This document shows positions 13,097 to 23,304 of a stretch of DNA of 64,000 nucleotides, piece by piece (position 1 is the first letter of the stretch; each line of letters begins with the position of its first letter). Under the pieces are notes generated by a model that saw only the letters and a list, made by a program, of their open reading frames with translations, made no database searches and was not told the DNA's origin. The stretch is taken from positions 288,001-352,000 of the forward strand of contig CBDCWG010000007.1 of assembly GCA_965223345.1 (NCBI GenBank), given 5' to 3'. This DNA comes from Nitrospinales bacterium (GTDB lineage Bacteria; Nitrospinota; Nitrospinia; Nitrospinales; VA-1). The translations under genes and the position numbers were made by a program.

Positions 13097-14464
13097 ATGA
13101 TGGAATTATCTTTCTTTTCCCTGGATGCGCTCTCGACGTTCGGCTTCAAGATGCTCGCGTTCCTCGCGGGTCTTGCGGCGCTGATCTTCGTGCACGAGCT
13201 GGGGCATTTCCTCGTCGCCCGCAAATGCGGCGTGGTGGTGGAAAAGTTTTCCCTCGGTTTCGGCCCGAAGATCGTCGGGTTTCAATCCGGAGACACCGAA
13301 TACCTGATCTGCGCCATCCCCCTGGGCGGCTACGTCAAGATGAAGGGGGAGGACTACGAGACCGAATCGCTCCATCAGGAAGGCTCGTTCGCGGCGGCGC
13401 CGGTGCTGCACCGGCTGGCCATCGCCTTTGCGGGCCCGCTGTTCAATTTCCTGTTCGCCATCGCCATCTACTGGGTGGTGTATCTGGTCGGCGTGCAGAC
13501 GCTGGGGCTGGTGACCGGCAGCGTGGAACCGGAATCGCCCGCGCAGGTGGCGGGCATCCAGATGGGCGACAAGGTCGTCGCCATCGACGGCGAGCCGGTG
13601 CGTTTTTTCAGCGAGCTGCAGAAAATCGTCAACAACTCTCCGGGCAAATCCCTGGAATTCACGATCGAGCGCAACGGCTCCCAACTGAGCATGCCCATCA
13701 CGCCGCTGGCGAAGGAGACGGTCAATATCTTCGGCGAGAAGGAAATGCTGGGGCTGGTCGGTATCTCGCCTCTGGTGCGCAACATCACGCATGTGGTGAA
13801 AGGCTCGGTGGCGGAGCAAGCCGGCATCCAGGAGGGGGACATCCTCCTGAAAGTGGACGACACCCCGATCACCGGCTGGAAGGATTTCAAGCCCGCGGTG
13901 GTGGACAAGCCGGAACAGGAGCTGAAGTTCCACATCCAGCGCAACGGCACCGAGATCGTCATCCCCGTGACGCCCAAGCGGGAATCGGTCAAGGACGAGA
14001 CCGGCAAAGAGGTCGAAATCGGCCGGGTCGGCGTCGGCCTGAGCGGCGAGATGGTGGAGGAAAAATACGGCGTGTTCGGTGCCCTGTGGCGGGGTCTCCA
14101 GGAAACCGGCCAACTGATCTACCTGATCGCGGTGAGCATCAAAAAACTGATTTTCGGTTCGATCCCCGCCAACACGATCGGCGGCCCGATCCTCATTTTC
14201 CAGGTGTACGGCGATCAGGCGGAACAGGGCTTCAACCAGCTGATCCGGCTCACCGCGCTGTTGAGCATCAACCTGGGACTGCTGAACCTGCTGCCGATTC
14301 CGGTGCTCGACGGCGGGCACATTCTGTTTTTCCTCATCGAGCTCATCAAGGGGAAACCCGTCAGCGAGCGGAACCGCGAACGCGCGCAGCAGGTGGGCCT
14401 GTTCATGCTGCTGGGGCTGATGGTGTTCGCGTTCTACAACGACATCGTGCGCATCATAAGCTGA
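13097..14464 (+). CDS. rseP: RIP metalloprotease RseP with two PDZ domains
   Basis: HELGH, AGPLFN, NLLPIPVLDGGH. Confidence 0.95.
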   Translation: MMELSFFSLDALSTFGFKMLAFLAGLAALIFVHELGHFLVARKCGVVVEKFSLGFGPKIVGFQSGDTEYLICAIPLGGYVKMKGEDYETESLHQEGSFAAAPVLHRLAIAFAGPLFNFLFAIAIYWVVYLVGVQTLGLVTGSVEPESPAQVAGIQMGDKVVAIDGEPVRFFSELQKIVNNSPGKSLEFTIERNGSQLSMPITPLAKETVNIFGEKEMLGLVGISPLVRNITHVVKGSVAEQAGIQEGDILLKVDDTPITGWKDFKPAVVDKPEQELKFHIQRNGTEIVIPVTPKRESVKDETGKEVEIGRVGVGLSGEMVEEKYGVFGALWRGLQETGQLIYLIAVSIKKLIFGSIPANTIGGPILIFQVYGDQAEQGFNQLIRLTALLSINLGLLNLLPIPVLDGGHILFFLIELIKGKPVSERNRERAQQVGLFMLLGLMVFAFYNDIVRIIS

Positions 14465-14538
14465 CCTCCCCACGGGACACCCCACAGCAGCCCGGATTCG
14501 CGGGACACGGCGTCGCCCTATTCTCTCAGGCCAAATCG

Positions 14539-14826
14539 ATGGATCCTTTTTCTCAACTTGAAGATCTGAAAACCGCGGCGGCAAAACTGTCCATAGACAT
14601 CCACACCGGCGACCTCGCCGCATCGGGTGAGGAATTCAGCGTGCAAAGCGGGTATTGCAAGATCCGCGGAAAAGGCACCATCCTGCTCGACAAACGCCTC
14701 ACGCCCGAAGAAAAGATAGAAGTCATCCTGAATGCGCTCAGTAAGCAGGACACCGAATCGGTCTACGTGGCCGCGTGGATCCGGGAAAAACTCGAATCGC
14801 AAACCAACATGAATCCGCTGTCATGA
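14539..14826 (+). CDS. Small hypothetical protein (95 aa), translationally coupled to pepM
   Basis: MDPFSQLEDL...GYCKIRGKGTILLDKRL; C-terminal part of track ORF 13225..14826; stop overlaps the next start (ATGA). Confidence 0.7.
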   Translation: MDPFSQLEDLKTAAAKLSIDIHTGDLAASGEEFSVQSGYCKIRGKGTILLDKRLTPEEKIEVILNALSKQDTESVYVAAWIREKLESQTNMNPLS

Positions 14827-16553
14827 CGCTCGCCAACAACATCCTGCCGGAGATCCGCCGCAGCAAACTCAAATCCCTGCTTAAAGAAGGAAAAACCGTG
14901 CGCGTGCTGGAAGCGCACAACGGGTTGAGCGGCATCGTCGCCAACAACACGTTCATCGAAGGGTTTTCCGGAGACACACCGGTGCGGCTGGAGTTCGACG
15001 CGATCTGGGAAAGCAGCCTCACCGATTCCGCCTCGAAGGGACACCCGGACATCGAGGTGGTGAGCTTCGATTCGCGCCTGCACACGATCCACGAAATCCT
15101 GGCGGTGACCGACAAGCCGATGATCGTGGACGGCGACACCGGCGGCGACGCGAACAATTTCGAGTACATGGTCACCAAGCTCGAACGCGCCGGCGTCTCA
15201 GCGACCATCATCGAGGACAAGGTGTTTCCCAAACGCAACAGCCTGGAGGCGGGAGCGCAGCAACTGCTGCAGGAGCCGAGCGTGTTCGCGCAGAAGATCC
15301 GCAGGGGCAAATCGGTGCAGGCGTCCGACGATTTCATGATCATCGCCCGGCTCGAAAGCCTGATCGCCGGCAAGGGCCTGGAAGACGCGCTGGAACGCGC
15401 CCGCGCCTATCTGGAAGCGGGGGTGGACGGGATCATGATCCATTCCAAATCGAAAGAGCCCGACGAGGTGCTGGAATTCGCCAAACGCTACCGGGTCCTG
15501 CTCGACGAGCTGAAGCTCGACAAGCCGCTGGTCTGCGTGCCCACCACCTACAACCGGATCACCGAAGAAGAACTGGGCCGCGCGGGCTTTCGCATTGTTA
15601 TCCACGCCAACCACCTGCTGCGCAGCGCATACAAATCCATGCTGGAAACCTCGCGCAGCATCCTGTTGAACCAGCGGTCCTTCGAGGTGGACCCCGCCTG
15701 CGCCCCGGTGCGGGAGATCTTTCAGGCAGTGGGCTTTCTCGACGTCAAAGAGAAGGACCAGATGGACGAGCAGATCGGCAACATCCCGGTCATCATCCCG
15801 GCGGCGGGCGAGGACCCGGTGCTCAAACCGCTGCTCAACGGCAAGCCGAAGGCGATGATGGAAATCGCCGGCAAAACCCTGCTGGACCAGCAGATCCGCA
15901 CCCTGAACGCAGCCAATCTCAACGACATCACCGTGGTCTCGGGCTACGCGCGCGACAAGATGCGCGCCGAGGGGGCGGCCTTTGTGGAAAACCCGGATTA
16001 CAAGAACGGCTCCATGCTGCACAGCCTGGTGGTGGCGAGAGAAAAGATGCACAACGGCTTCATCATGCTATACTCGGACATCCTGATGGACCACCAGATC
16101 ATCGCCAACCTGCTCGACAGCAAGGAAGACATCGTGCTGGTGGCGGACAACTCGATCCAGTACCACCGGTTCGAGGACAACAACGTGCTGGATTTCATCA
16201 TCAGCAAGAACCGGCACAACAAGGCCGGCCGCCGGCACATCAGCTTCTGCTGGGACAACGTGGTCGCCAAGATCGGCACCAAGATCAATCCGGAAACGGC
16301 GACGCACGAATTCATCGGGCTGGCCAAGTTCACGAAAACCGGAGCGGAGCAGTTCGTGCAAACCTATCAGGACTGCGTGGAAAACTACAAGGGAAAATTT
16401 CAGGAAGCGGAGGACATCGCCCAGTTCACCTTCACCGACCTCATACAGGAAATGATCGACCGGGGATTCGCCGTGCATTTCCTCGAAATCCACAAGGGCT
16501 GGCTGGAGATTCACCGTGAGGCAGACATCGCCCTTGCCAACCAGTTTCTGTAA
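14823..16553 (+). CDS. pepM: Phosphoenolpyruvate mutase fused to C-terminal nucleotidyltransferase domain
   Basis: EAHNGLSG, DGDTGG and PepM signature EDKVFPKRNS; C-term IIPAAG...KPKAMMEIAGK, YSDI, EFIGL, WLEIH. Confidence 0.88.
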   Translation: MTLANNILPEIRRSKLKSLLKEGKTVRVLEAHNGLSGIVANNTFIEGFSGDTPVRLEFDAIWESSLTDSASKGHPDIEVVSFDSRLHTIHEILAVTDKPMIVDGDTGGDANNFEYMVTKLERAGVSATIIEDKVFPKRNSLEAGAQQLLQEPSVFAQKIRRGKSVQASDDFMIIARLESLIAGKGLEDALERARAYLEAGVDGIMIHSKSKEPDEVLEFAKRYRVLLDELKLDKPLVCVPTTYNRITEEELGRAGFRIVIHANHLLRSAYKSMLETSRSILLNQRSFEVDPACAPVREIFQAVGFLDVKEKDQMDEQIGNIPVIIPAAGEDPVLKPLLNGKPKAMMEIAGKTLLDQQIRTLNAANLNDITVVSGYARDKMRAEGAAFVENPDYKNGSMLHSLVVAREKMHNGFIMLYSDILMDHQIIANLLDSKEDIVLVADNSIQYHRFEDNNVLDFIISKNRHNKAGRRHISFCWDNVVAKIGTKINPETATHEFIGLAKFTKTGAEQFVQTYQDCVENYKGKFQEAEDIAQFTFTDLIQEMIDRGFAVHFLEIHKGWLEIHREADIALANQFL

Positions 16554-16625
16554 TTTTTCAATTCCAGTTTCAGGCTCGATTTTTCCCCCGCGATCCGGAC
16601 GGAAACGCGGAGGACATAGGGGACC

Positions 16626-18341
16626 ATGTATTATTCGAAGCTGTTCATTCCAACGTTGAAAGAGAACCCCGCCGATGCGGAGGTGGTGAGCCACAAGCTC
16701 ATGGTGCGGGCGGGACTGATCCGCCAGGTGGCGTCGGGGATCTATTCCGTCCTGCCGCTGGGCCTGCGGGTGCTGCGCAAGGTCGAGCAGATCATCCGCG
16801 AGGAGATGAACGGCATCGGCGGCCAGGAAGTGTTTCTTCCCAGCGTGCAGCCTGCGGAACTGTGGCAGGAAAGCGGGCGCTGGGAGCTCTACGGCAAGGA
16901 GCTGCTCCGGCTCAAGGACCGGCACGACCGTGAATTCTGCTACGGGCCGACGCACGAGGAGGTGATCACCGACATCGTGCGCAAGGAGATCAAATCCTAC
17001 CGGCAGCTGCCGGTGACCCTGTACCAGATCCAGACCAAATTCCGCGACGAGGTGCGTCCGCGTTTCGGCGTCATGCGGGGCCGGGAATTCACCATGAAGG
17101 ACGCCTACAGCTTTCACACCGACGAGAAGAGCACGCAGAAGACCTATTTCGACATGGCGCAGGCCTATTCGAACGTGTTTCGGCGCTGCGGGCTGGAATT
17201 CAAGATGGTGGAAGCGGACTCGGGCACCATCGGCGGTAATTTCTCGCACGAATTCGCGGTGCTCGCCGATTCGGGCGAAGATTCCATCGCCTATTGCGAC
17301 CACTGCGAGTACGCCTCCAACCTGGAGCTGGCGCAGGCGAAGGCGGTGCCGGATCCCAAAAACCCGCTCTCGACCGAATCGCTTAAAGAAGTGGAAACCC
17401 CCGGCAAAACCACGGTGCAGGAAGTCGCGGATTTTTTGTCGGTGAAGCCGGAGCAGATCGTCAAAACCATGCTGCTCGAATCGGACCAGGGCCTGGTGGC
17501 GGGGCTGGTGCGCGGCGACCGGGAACTCAACCCCATCAAGCTGAAAAACCTCATCGGCGCCGAATGGCTGCATCCGGCTACGGAGAAAACCTTTGCGGAG
17601 CACCCGGGCCTGCCCTGCGGTTACGTCGGTCCCGTAGGGCTCGATTGCAAGGTCTACGCAGACTGGGACATCGCCGCCATGCAGCCGTTCGTCACCGGAG
17701 CCAACAAAACAAACCGGCATCTGACCGGGGTGACGCTCGGCCGCGATTTCAAGATCGAAAAAACCGGCGATATCCGCAGCGTGAAGGCGGGCGAGCCCTG
17801 CCCCCGCTGCGACGGCGGCAAGCTGCTCATCAAACGCGGCATCGAGGTGGGCCACATCTTCATCCTGGGCACCAAGTACAGCCGCGCCATGAACGCGGTT
17901 TTCCTGGACGACAAGGGCAAGGAAAATGTAATGGTCATGGGTTGTTACGGGATCGGCGTCGGGCGCACGGCGGCCGCCGCCATCGAGCAGAATCACGACG
18001 ACAACGGCATCGTCTGGCCGCTGCCCCTCGCCCCCTTCGCGGTGCATATCATCCCGACGAACTTTTCCGTGGACGCGATCCGCGAAGCCTGCGAGACCGC
18101 ATACAAGTCCCTATGGAACAACAATATAGAAACGCTTCTGGACGACCGCTCCGACAGGTTGGGTGTGAAGCTCAAGGACGCGGACCTGCTCGGCGTCCCG
18201 ATCCAGATCATCATCGGCCCGAAAAATCTCGAAGCCGGCAAGGTGGAAATAAAATCAAGAAAAACAAACACTTCCGAGCTGCATCCCTTCCCCCAGGTGC
18301 TCGATCAGATCCCTTCCCTGCTGTCGAAATGGGCCTCTTGA
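16626..18341 (+). CDS. proS: Proline--tRNA ligase with editing insertion
   Basis: GPTHEE, KFRDEVRPRFGVMRGREFTMKDAYSF, GIEVGHIF, MGCYGIG. Confidence 0.97.
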   Translation: MYYSKLFIPTLKENPADAEVVSHKLMVRAGLIRQVASGIYSVLPLGLRVLRKVEQIIREEMNGIGGQEVFLPSVQPAELWQESGRWELYGKELLRLKDRHDREFCYGPTHEEVITDIVRKEIKSYRQLPVTLYQIQTKFRDEVRPRFGVMRGREFTMKDAYSFHTDEKSTQKTYFDMAQAYSNVFRRCGLEFKMVEADSGTIGGNFSHEFAVLADSGEDSIAYCDHCEYASNLELAQAKAVPDPKNPLSTESLKEVETPGKTTVQEVADFLSVKPEQIVKTMLLESDQGLVAGLVRGDRELNPIKLKNLIGAEWLHPATEKTFAEHPGLPCGYVGPVGLDCKVYADWDIAAMQPFVTGANKTNRHLTGVTLGRDFKIEKTGDIRSVKAGEPCPRCDGGKLLIKRGIEVGHIFILGTKYSRAMNAVFLDDKGKENVMVMGCYGIGVGRTAAAAIEQNHDDNGIVWPLPLAPFAVHIIPTNFSVDAIREACETAYKSLWNNNIETLLDDRSDRLGVKLKDADLLGVPIQIIIGPKNLEAGKVEIKSRKTNTSELHPFPQVLDQIPSLLSKWAS

Positions 18342-18368
18342 GGCAGTTCCACATAGGGAAATTTTTGC

Positions 18369-18397
18369 TTGCAACCCCCCTGGCCTTTTAGTAGAAT
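18369..18397 (+). promoter_or_regulatory. Sigma70-like promoter of the rimP-nusA-infB operon
   Basis: TTGCAA-17 bp-TAGAAT. Confidence 0.6.
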
Positions 18398-18426
18398 CCA
18401 ATTAACAAAATCTAGCTCGTAAAGCG

Positions 18427-18456
18427 AATGCGGGTTGAAAACCCGCATTTTTTTTT
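18427..18456 (+). terminator. rimP-leader-like attenuator / intrinsic terminator
   Basis: AATGCGGGTT-GAA-AACCCGCATT followed by a T-run, between the promoter and rimP. Confidence 0.7.
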
Positions 18457-18548
18457 GAGAAATCGGAAAACCGAACAAACCTTGAAGCCGGAGCCGGGAA
18501 ACCTGAACAACACGATTCACTCTTTCCTTTCCCGCGGCTCAGTCGAAG

Positions 18549-19010
18549 ATGAACGCTTCCTCGATATCTCAATCCGTTCTGGAGATGATCGAACCCATTG
18601 TCCAGGAAGCCGGGCTGGAACTGGTCGATGTCGAATACAAGAAATCGGGGCGGGACTGGGTTCTTAGAATCTACATCGACAAAGAAACCGGCATCACTCA
18701 CGAAGATTGCCAGAATGTCAGCCGTCAGGTCGAGGACAGGATCGAGGTGGAGGGTCTGATATCCGGTCACTATGTTTTGGAGGTCTCCTCTCCAGGGCTG
18801 GACCGGCCCTTGAAAAAGGAAAAGGACTTTTTGCGCTATCAGAACAAGCGCGTCCGCGTCAAAACCTTCGCCCCGATCGACAATCAACGCAACTTTTCAG
18901 GTTCCATCGAAACGTTTCAAAACGGAGTCCTGTTTTTGCGGGAGGACACGCGAACGGTCGAGATCGATCTCGATAACATCGCCCAGGCGAGATTGATCAT
19001 CGAGCTGTGA
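18549..19010 (+). CDS. rimP: Ribosome maturation factor RimP
   Basis: LRIYIDK, YVLEVSSPGLDRPL; precedes nusA. Confidence 0.95.
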   Translation: MNASSISQSVLEMIEPIVQEAGLELVDVEYKKSGRDWVLRIYIDKETGITHEDCQNVSRQVEDRIEVEGLISGHYVLEVSSPGLDRPLKKEKDFLRYQNKRVRVKTFAPIDNQRNFSGSIETFQNGVLFLREDTRTVEIDLDNIAQARLIIEL

Positions 19011-19059
19011 GGTCCGTTCCCTCCCGCCGGGTGAAACCCACGTCTTTCATAAAAAGGCC

Positions 19060-20748
19060 ATGAGCATCGAAACCATCAGCATCATCGAGCAGATCGCACG
19101 CGAAAAAGGGATCGAAAAGGACATCCTGATCGACGCCCTCAAAAGCGCCGTCGAGGCGGCCGCCCGCAAGAAGCTGCCGGACTTGAAGGAAATCCACAGC
19201 GAATTCAATGAAGCCACGGGCGAGGTCGATATCTACGCGGAAAAGACGGTGGTCGAGACCGTTGAAGATCCCAACGATGAAATCAGCCTCACTGAAGCGC
19301 TGGAGCTTTCTCCCGACGTGGAGCTCGGTGAACGCGTTCTGGTGCAGCAGATCCTGGAAAACTACGGCCGCATCGCGGCGCAGCTCGCCAAACAGGTGAT
19401 TCTGCAGAAAGTACGCGAGGCGGAGGTCGATCTGATCTACAACGATTTTATCGATAAAAAGGGCGAACTGATCAACGGCATCGTGCAGCGCTTCGAACAC
19501 GGGGATCTCATCGTCGAGCTGGGCAAGGCGGAAGGCATCCTGCCGCGGCGGGAACAGGTGTTCCGCGAGACGTTCAACCGCGGCGAGCGGATCCGCGCCT
19601 ACGTGCTGGACATCCGCAAGACCTCGAAAAACGCCATGGTCATCCTGTCCCGCACCCACACGGGCCTGATCAAGCGGCTTTTCGAGATGGAGGTTCCGGA
19701 AATCAGCGAAGGCATGGTGGAGATCATGGGCATCGTGCGCGAACCGAACGGCCGCACCAAGATCGCGGTGCGCACCAACGACCGCGACATCGACGCGGTG
19801 GGCGCCTGTGTCGGCATGCGGGGCATGCGGGTGCAGTCGATCGTGCAGGAGCTGCGCGGTGAAAAGATCGACATCGTGGAGTATTCGGAAGATCCGGAAG
19901 TGTTCATCAAGCACGCGCTGTCCCCGGCCAAGATCTCGCGCATCATCGTCAACGAGCCGGAAAAGCACATGACCATCATCGTGGCGGACGACCAGATGTC
20001 TCTGGCGATCGGCAAAAAGGGCCAGAACGTGCGCCTCGCGGCCAAGCTGGTGAAATGGAAGATCGACATCAAAGGCGAGTCCGAAGCGCTGGAGCTTGGC
20101 GAGCAGCCTTCGTTCCTGGGCACGGCCAAAGCGGCGCCCAGCGTCAACATTCTCGAAGAGGTGAAAAACACCAAGGGGCTGGGCGAAAAGATCATGGGCA
20201 TCCTGTTCAGCGGCAACGTGGTGACCCTGGAGGAAGTGCTCAAGCGGGGCGTGGAAGGTCTGACGGAACTGCCGGGAATCGGCCCCAAGAAAGCCGAGGC
20301 GATCCTGGAACTGGCCGTTGCGCACAAAGAGTCGCTCGAATCGGCTGCGGAAGCGGAGGAAGCCACTGAAGAAGAGGTGGAAGCCGCAGAGGCCGAAGTT
20401 GCGGAAGAGGAAGTAACCGAACTGGAAACCGGAGACGAGGAAGCGGCTGTGAGCGAAGAGGCCGAAGCCGAAGAGACCGCTGTTGAGGAAATGGAGGAAG
20501 AAGACGCCGAAGGCGCCGAAGCGGCGGCCGAGGAAGAAGAGGAAGAACAGGAAATCCTGGTGGAGGAGCTCACGGACGTCGATCCGGACATCATCGAGCT
20601 TTTACGGCAAAACGAGTTTCAGACATTCGCGGAACTTTCAATCACCCCTCTGGAGGAACTGGCCGCCATCGAGGGGATCGATGAAGCGGTGGCCCAGTCC
20701 ATTCTCGAACAGGCCAAGCAGAGAATGAACAATCTCGAAAACGTCTGA
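19060..20748 (+). CDS. nusA: Transcription termination factor NusA with acidic linker and C-terminal HhH repeats
   Basis: GRIAAQLAKQVI, GACVGMRG, AIGKKGQNVRLA. Confidence 0.96.
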   Translation: MSIETISIIEQIAREKGIEKDILIDALKSAVEAAARKKLPDLKEIHSEFNEATGEVDIYAEKTVVETVEDPNDEISLTEALELSPDVELGERVLVQQILENYGRIAAQLAKQVILQKVREAEVDLIYNDFIDKKGELINGIVQRFEHGDLIVELGKAEGILPRREQVFRETFNRGERIRAYVLDIRKTSKNAMVILSRTHTGLIKRLFEMEVPEISEGMVEIMGIVREPNGRTKIAVRTNDRDIDAVGACVGMRGMRVQSIVQELRGEKIDIVEYSEDPEVFIKHALSPAKISRIIVNEPEKHMTIIVADDQMSLAIGKKGQNVRLAAKLVKWKIDIKGESEALELGEQPSFLGTAKAAPSVNILEEVKNTKGLGEKIMGILFSGNVVTLEEVLKRGVEGLTELPGIGPKKAEAILELAVAHKESLESAAEAEEATEEEVEAAEAEVAEEEVTELETGDEEAAVSEEAEAEETAVEEMEEEDAEGAEAAAEEEEEEQEILVEELTDVDPDIIELLRQNEFQTFAELSITPLEELAAIEGIDEAVAQSILEQAKQRMNNLENV

Positions 20749-20819
20749 GGATTTTTCGTATTTAACAGGCAGTTTTTTTTCGGTATGCGGGCCCGGAAAA
20801 ACAACGAAGGAGAGTTTAC

Positions 20820-23282
20820 TTGGCAAAGATTCGCATCAACAAACTGGCGCTTGAGCTGAACGTTCAAAACGATCAGATCATCGAGGCCCTGCATCAGAAG
20901 GACATCCCCGTCAAGAACTACATGAGTTCGATCGACGAGGCCACTTCCGATTACATCCGGGAACTGTTTGCGCCCAAACCGGCGGCGACGAAAAAAGTCA
21001 AAGCCAAGGCGAAGACCAAAGCCAAAGGGAAAACCGCATCCGGCAAACCCAAAGCGACGGTCACGACGGTTTCCAAAAAAACGGCAGCGGCGAAGACCAT
21101 CGCCATCAAGAAAGTGATGGCGGCCAAAAAAGCCGAAGAAGCCAAGGCCGCGGAAGAAGCCGCGAAGAAAAAAGCCGAAGTCGAAGAAAGAACCAAAAGA
21201 CTGGTCGCCGAAGCGGCCGCCAAAGAGAAGGCAAAGGCCAAGGCTGCAGAAAAACCCAAAATCGTCAAAGCCAAGCCCAAAACGACGGCAGACAAAACCA
21301 AAGCGAAAAAAGAGGCGGATGCCCAGGAAACCAAGGGACACAAAAAACTCGGGCTGAAAATCGTCAAGAAGGAAGAAAAACCGAAAGAAGCCGAGAAAAA
21401 AGCCAAACCCGCCGCCAAGGCGGAACCGGAAAAGGCCAAACCGAAAAAAGGCAAAGCCGCGGCCAAGGCCCCCGCCCCCGCTGCGAAGGAAGCGCCGGCG
21501 CCGGCAGCCGCGGGCGTTGCGGTCGAGGAAGAAACGTTCGAAACCGTTCAGCTTCCGCTCAGCATCCATGTGCGCGAGTTGAGCGAAAAACTGAAATGCT
21601 CGCCCAATGAAATCATCATGGACCTGATGTCGCTCGGAATCATGGCGACGATCAACCAGAGCCTCGATTTCGACGTGGCGAGCAAGGTCGCCGACAAGCG
21701 CGGCTTCGAGGTCGAAGCCCTCACTCCGGAAACGGAGCTGGATTTTGAGGAGGAAGAACAGGATGATCCTGCCGACCGGACGCACCGCTCCCCCATCGTC
21801 ACCATCATGGGGCATGTCGATCACGGCAAAACCTCGCTTCTGGACGCCATCCGCGAAACCAATCTGACCAAACACGAAGAAGGCGGCATCACCCAGCACA
21901 TCGGCGCTTACCAGGCCAAGGTCAAAGGCTCCGCCATCACGTTTCTCGACACGCCGGGACACGAAGCGTTCACGGCCATGCGCGCCCGCGGCGCCCAGGT
22001 CACCGACATCGTGGTGCTGGTGGTGGCGGCGGACGACGGCATCAAGCCGCAGACCAAGGAAGCCATCGACCACGCCAATGCGGCGGGCGTGCCGATCGTG
22101 GTCGCCATCAACAAGATCGACAAGCCCGACGCCAAGCCGGAAGAAGTGAAAAAGCAGCTCGCCGACCTGGAACTTCTGCCCGAGGAATGGGGCGGACAGA
22201 CGATTTTCACCGAAGTGTCCGCGCTGGCGAAAACCGGTATCGACAATCTTCTGGAAATGATCCTGCTGCAGGCGGAGATCATGGATCTCAAGGCCAACGC
22301 CAAGCTGCGCGCCAAAGGCGTCATCATCGAATCAAAGCTCGACAAGGGCCGCGGACCGGTGGCCACGCTGGTGGTGCAGACGGGAACGCTCCGGGTCAGC
22401 GATCCTTTCATCGTGGGCTGCTATTTCGGCAAAGTGCGAGCGCTGATCAACGATCACGGCAACAAGATTCAGAAAGCGCCGCCCTCGACGCCGGTGGAGG
22501 TGGTGGGTCTGCCGGAGGTACCGCAGCCCGGCGACAAATTCATCGTCGTCAACGACGAGAAAAAAGCCCGGCAGCTTTCGGCGCTCAGGCTGCAACAGCA
22601 GCGCGAATCGATCCTCGCGCAGACCTCGCGCGTCACCATGGACGATTTGCATCAGCAGATCGTCGAGGGCAAGATCCAGGAACTCAACCTGATCGTCAAA
22701 GCCGACGTGCAGGGCTCGATCCACGCGGTGGCGGAGGCGTTTTCCAAGCTGGAAACCAAGGAAGTCCGCATCAAGCTCATCCACGAAGCGGTGGGCGGGA
22801 TCACCGAATCGGACGTGCTGCTCTCCAGCGCATCCAATGCGATCATCATCGGTTTCAACGTCCGGCCCACGGAAAAAGCCTCGCAACTGGCGATGCGGGA
22901 ACAGGTGGACATCCGTCTGTACAGCATCATCTACGATGCGATCGAGGACATGAAAAAGGCGCTGGACGGCATGCTCGCGCCCAAGTTCAAGGAAACCGTG
23001 CTGGGACGCGCGGAAGTGCGGCAGGTCTTCACCATCCCCAAAGTCGGTTCCATCGCGGGCTGCCAGGTCACCTCCGGAAAGATCGAGCGCAACAGCGAAG
23101 CGCGGCTGATCCGCGACAATGTCGTGATCTACCAGGGGAAAATCAATTCCCTCCGGCGCTTCAAAGAGGATGTGAAGGAAGTGCCCTCGGGATACGAATG
23201 CGGTCTGTCGCTGGAGAAATACCAGGATCTGAAATCGGGAGACATCGTCGAACCTTTCGTCCTTGAAGAGGTCGCGCCGTAA
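20820..23282 (+). CDS. infB: Translation initiation factor IF-2
   Basis: GHVDHGKTSLLD, DTPGHEAF, NKID; TTG start; Lys/Ala-rich N-terminal linker. Confidence 0.97.
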   Translation: MAKIRINKLALELNVQNDQIIEALHQKDIPVKNYMSSIDEATSDYIRELFAPKPAATKKVKAKAKTKAKGKTASGKPKATVTTVSKKTAAAKTIAIKKVMAAKKAEEAKAAEEAAKKKAEVEERTKRLVAEAAAKEKAKAKAAEKPKIVKAKPKTTADKTKAKKEADAQETKGHKKLGLKIVKKEEKPKEAEKKAKPAAKAEPEKAKPKKGKAAAKAPAPAAKEAPAPAAAGVAVEEETFETVQLPLSIHVRELSEKLKCSPNEIIMDLMSLGIMATINQSLDFDVASKVADKRGFEVEALTPETELDFEEEEQDDPADRTHRSPIVTIMGHVDHGKTSLLDAIRETNLTKHEEGGITQHIGAYQAKVKGSAITFLDTPGHEAFTAMRARGAQVTDIVVLVVAADDGIKPQTKEAIDHANAAGVPIVVAINKIDKPDAKPEEVKKQLADLELLPEEWGGQTIFTEVSALAKTGIDNLLEMILLQAEIMDLKANAKLRAKGVIIESKLDKGRGPVATLVVQTGTLRVSDPFIVGCYFGKVRALINDHGNKIQKAPPSTPVEVVGLPEVPQPGDKFIVVNDEKKARQLSALRLQQQRESILAQTSRVTMDDLHQQIVEGKIQELNLIVKADVQGSIHAVAEAFSKLETKEVRIKLIHEAVGGITESDVLLSSASNAIIIGFNVRPTEKASQLAMREQVDIRLYSIIYDAIEDMKKALDGMLAPKFKETVLGRAEVRQVFTIPKVGSIAGCQVTSGKIERNSEARLIRDNVVIYQGKINSLRRFKEDVKEVPSGYECGLSLEKYQDLKSGDIVEPFVLEEVAP

Positions 23283-23304
23283 CATGGCTGGAACGGATTT
23301 TCCC

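Noticed and set aside
13225..14538. 533-aa ORF overlapping rseP
   Set aside because: Only the last 95 aa after the rseP stop look like a real protein; the rest is an off-frame read
20970..21520. Lys/Ala repeats in infB (and in the rlpA linker) as tandem repeats or histone-like genes
   Set aside because: Ordinary low-complexity linkers within known proteins
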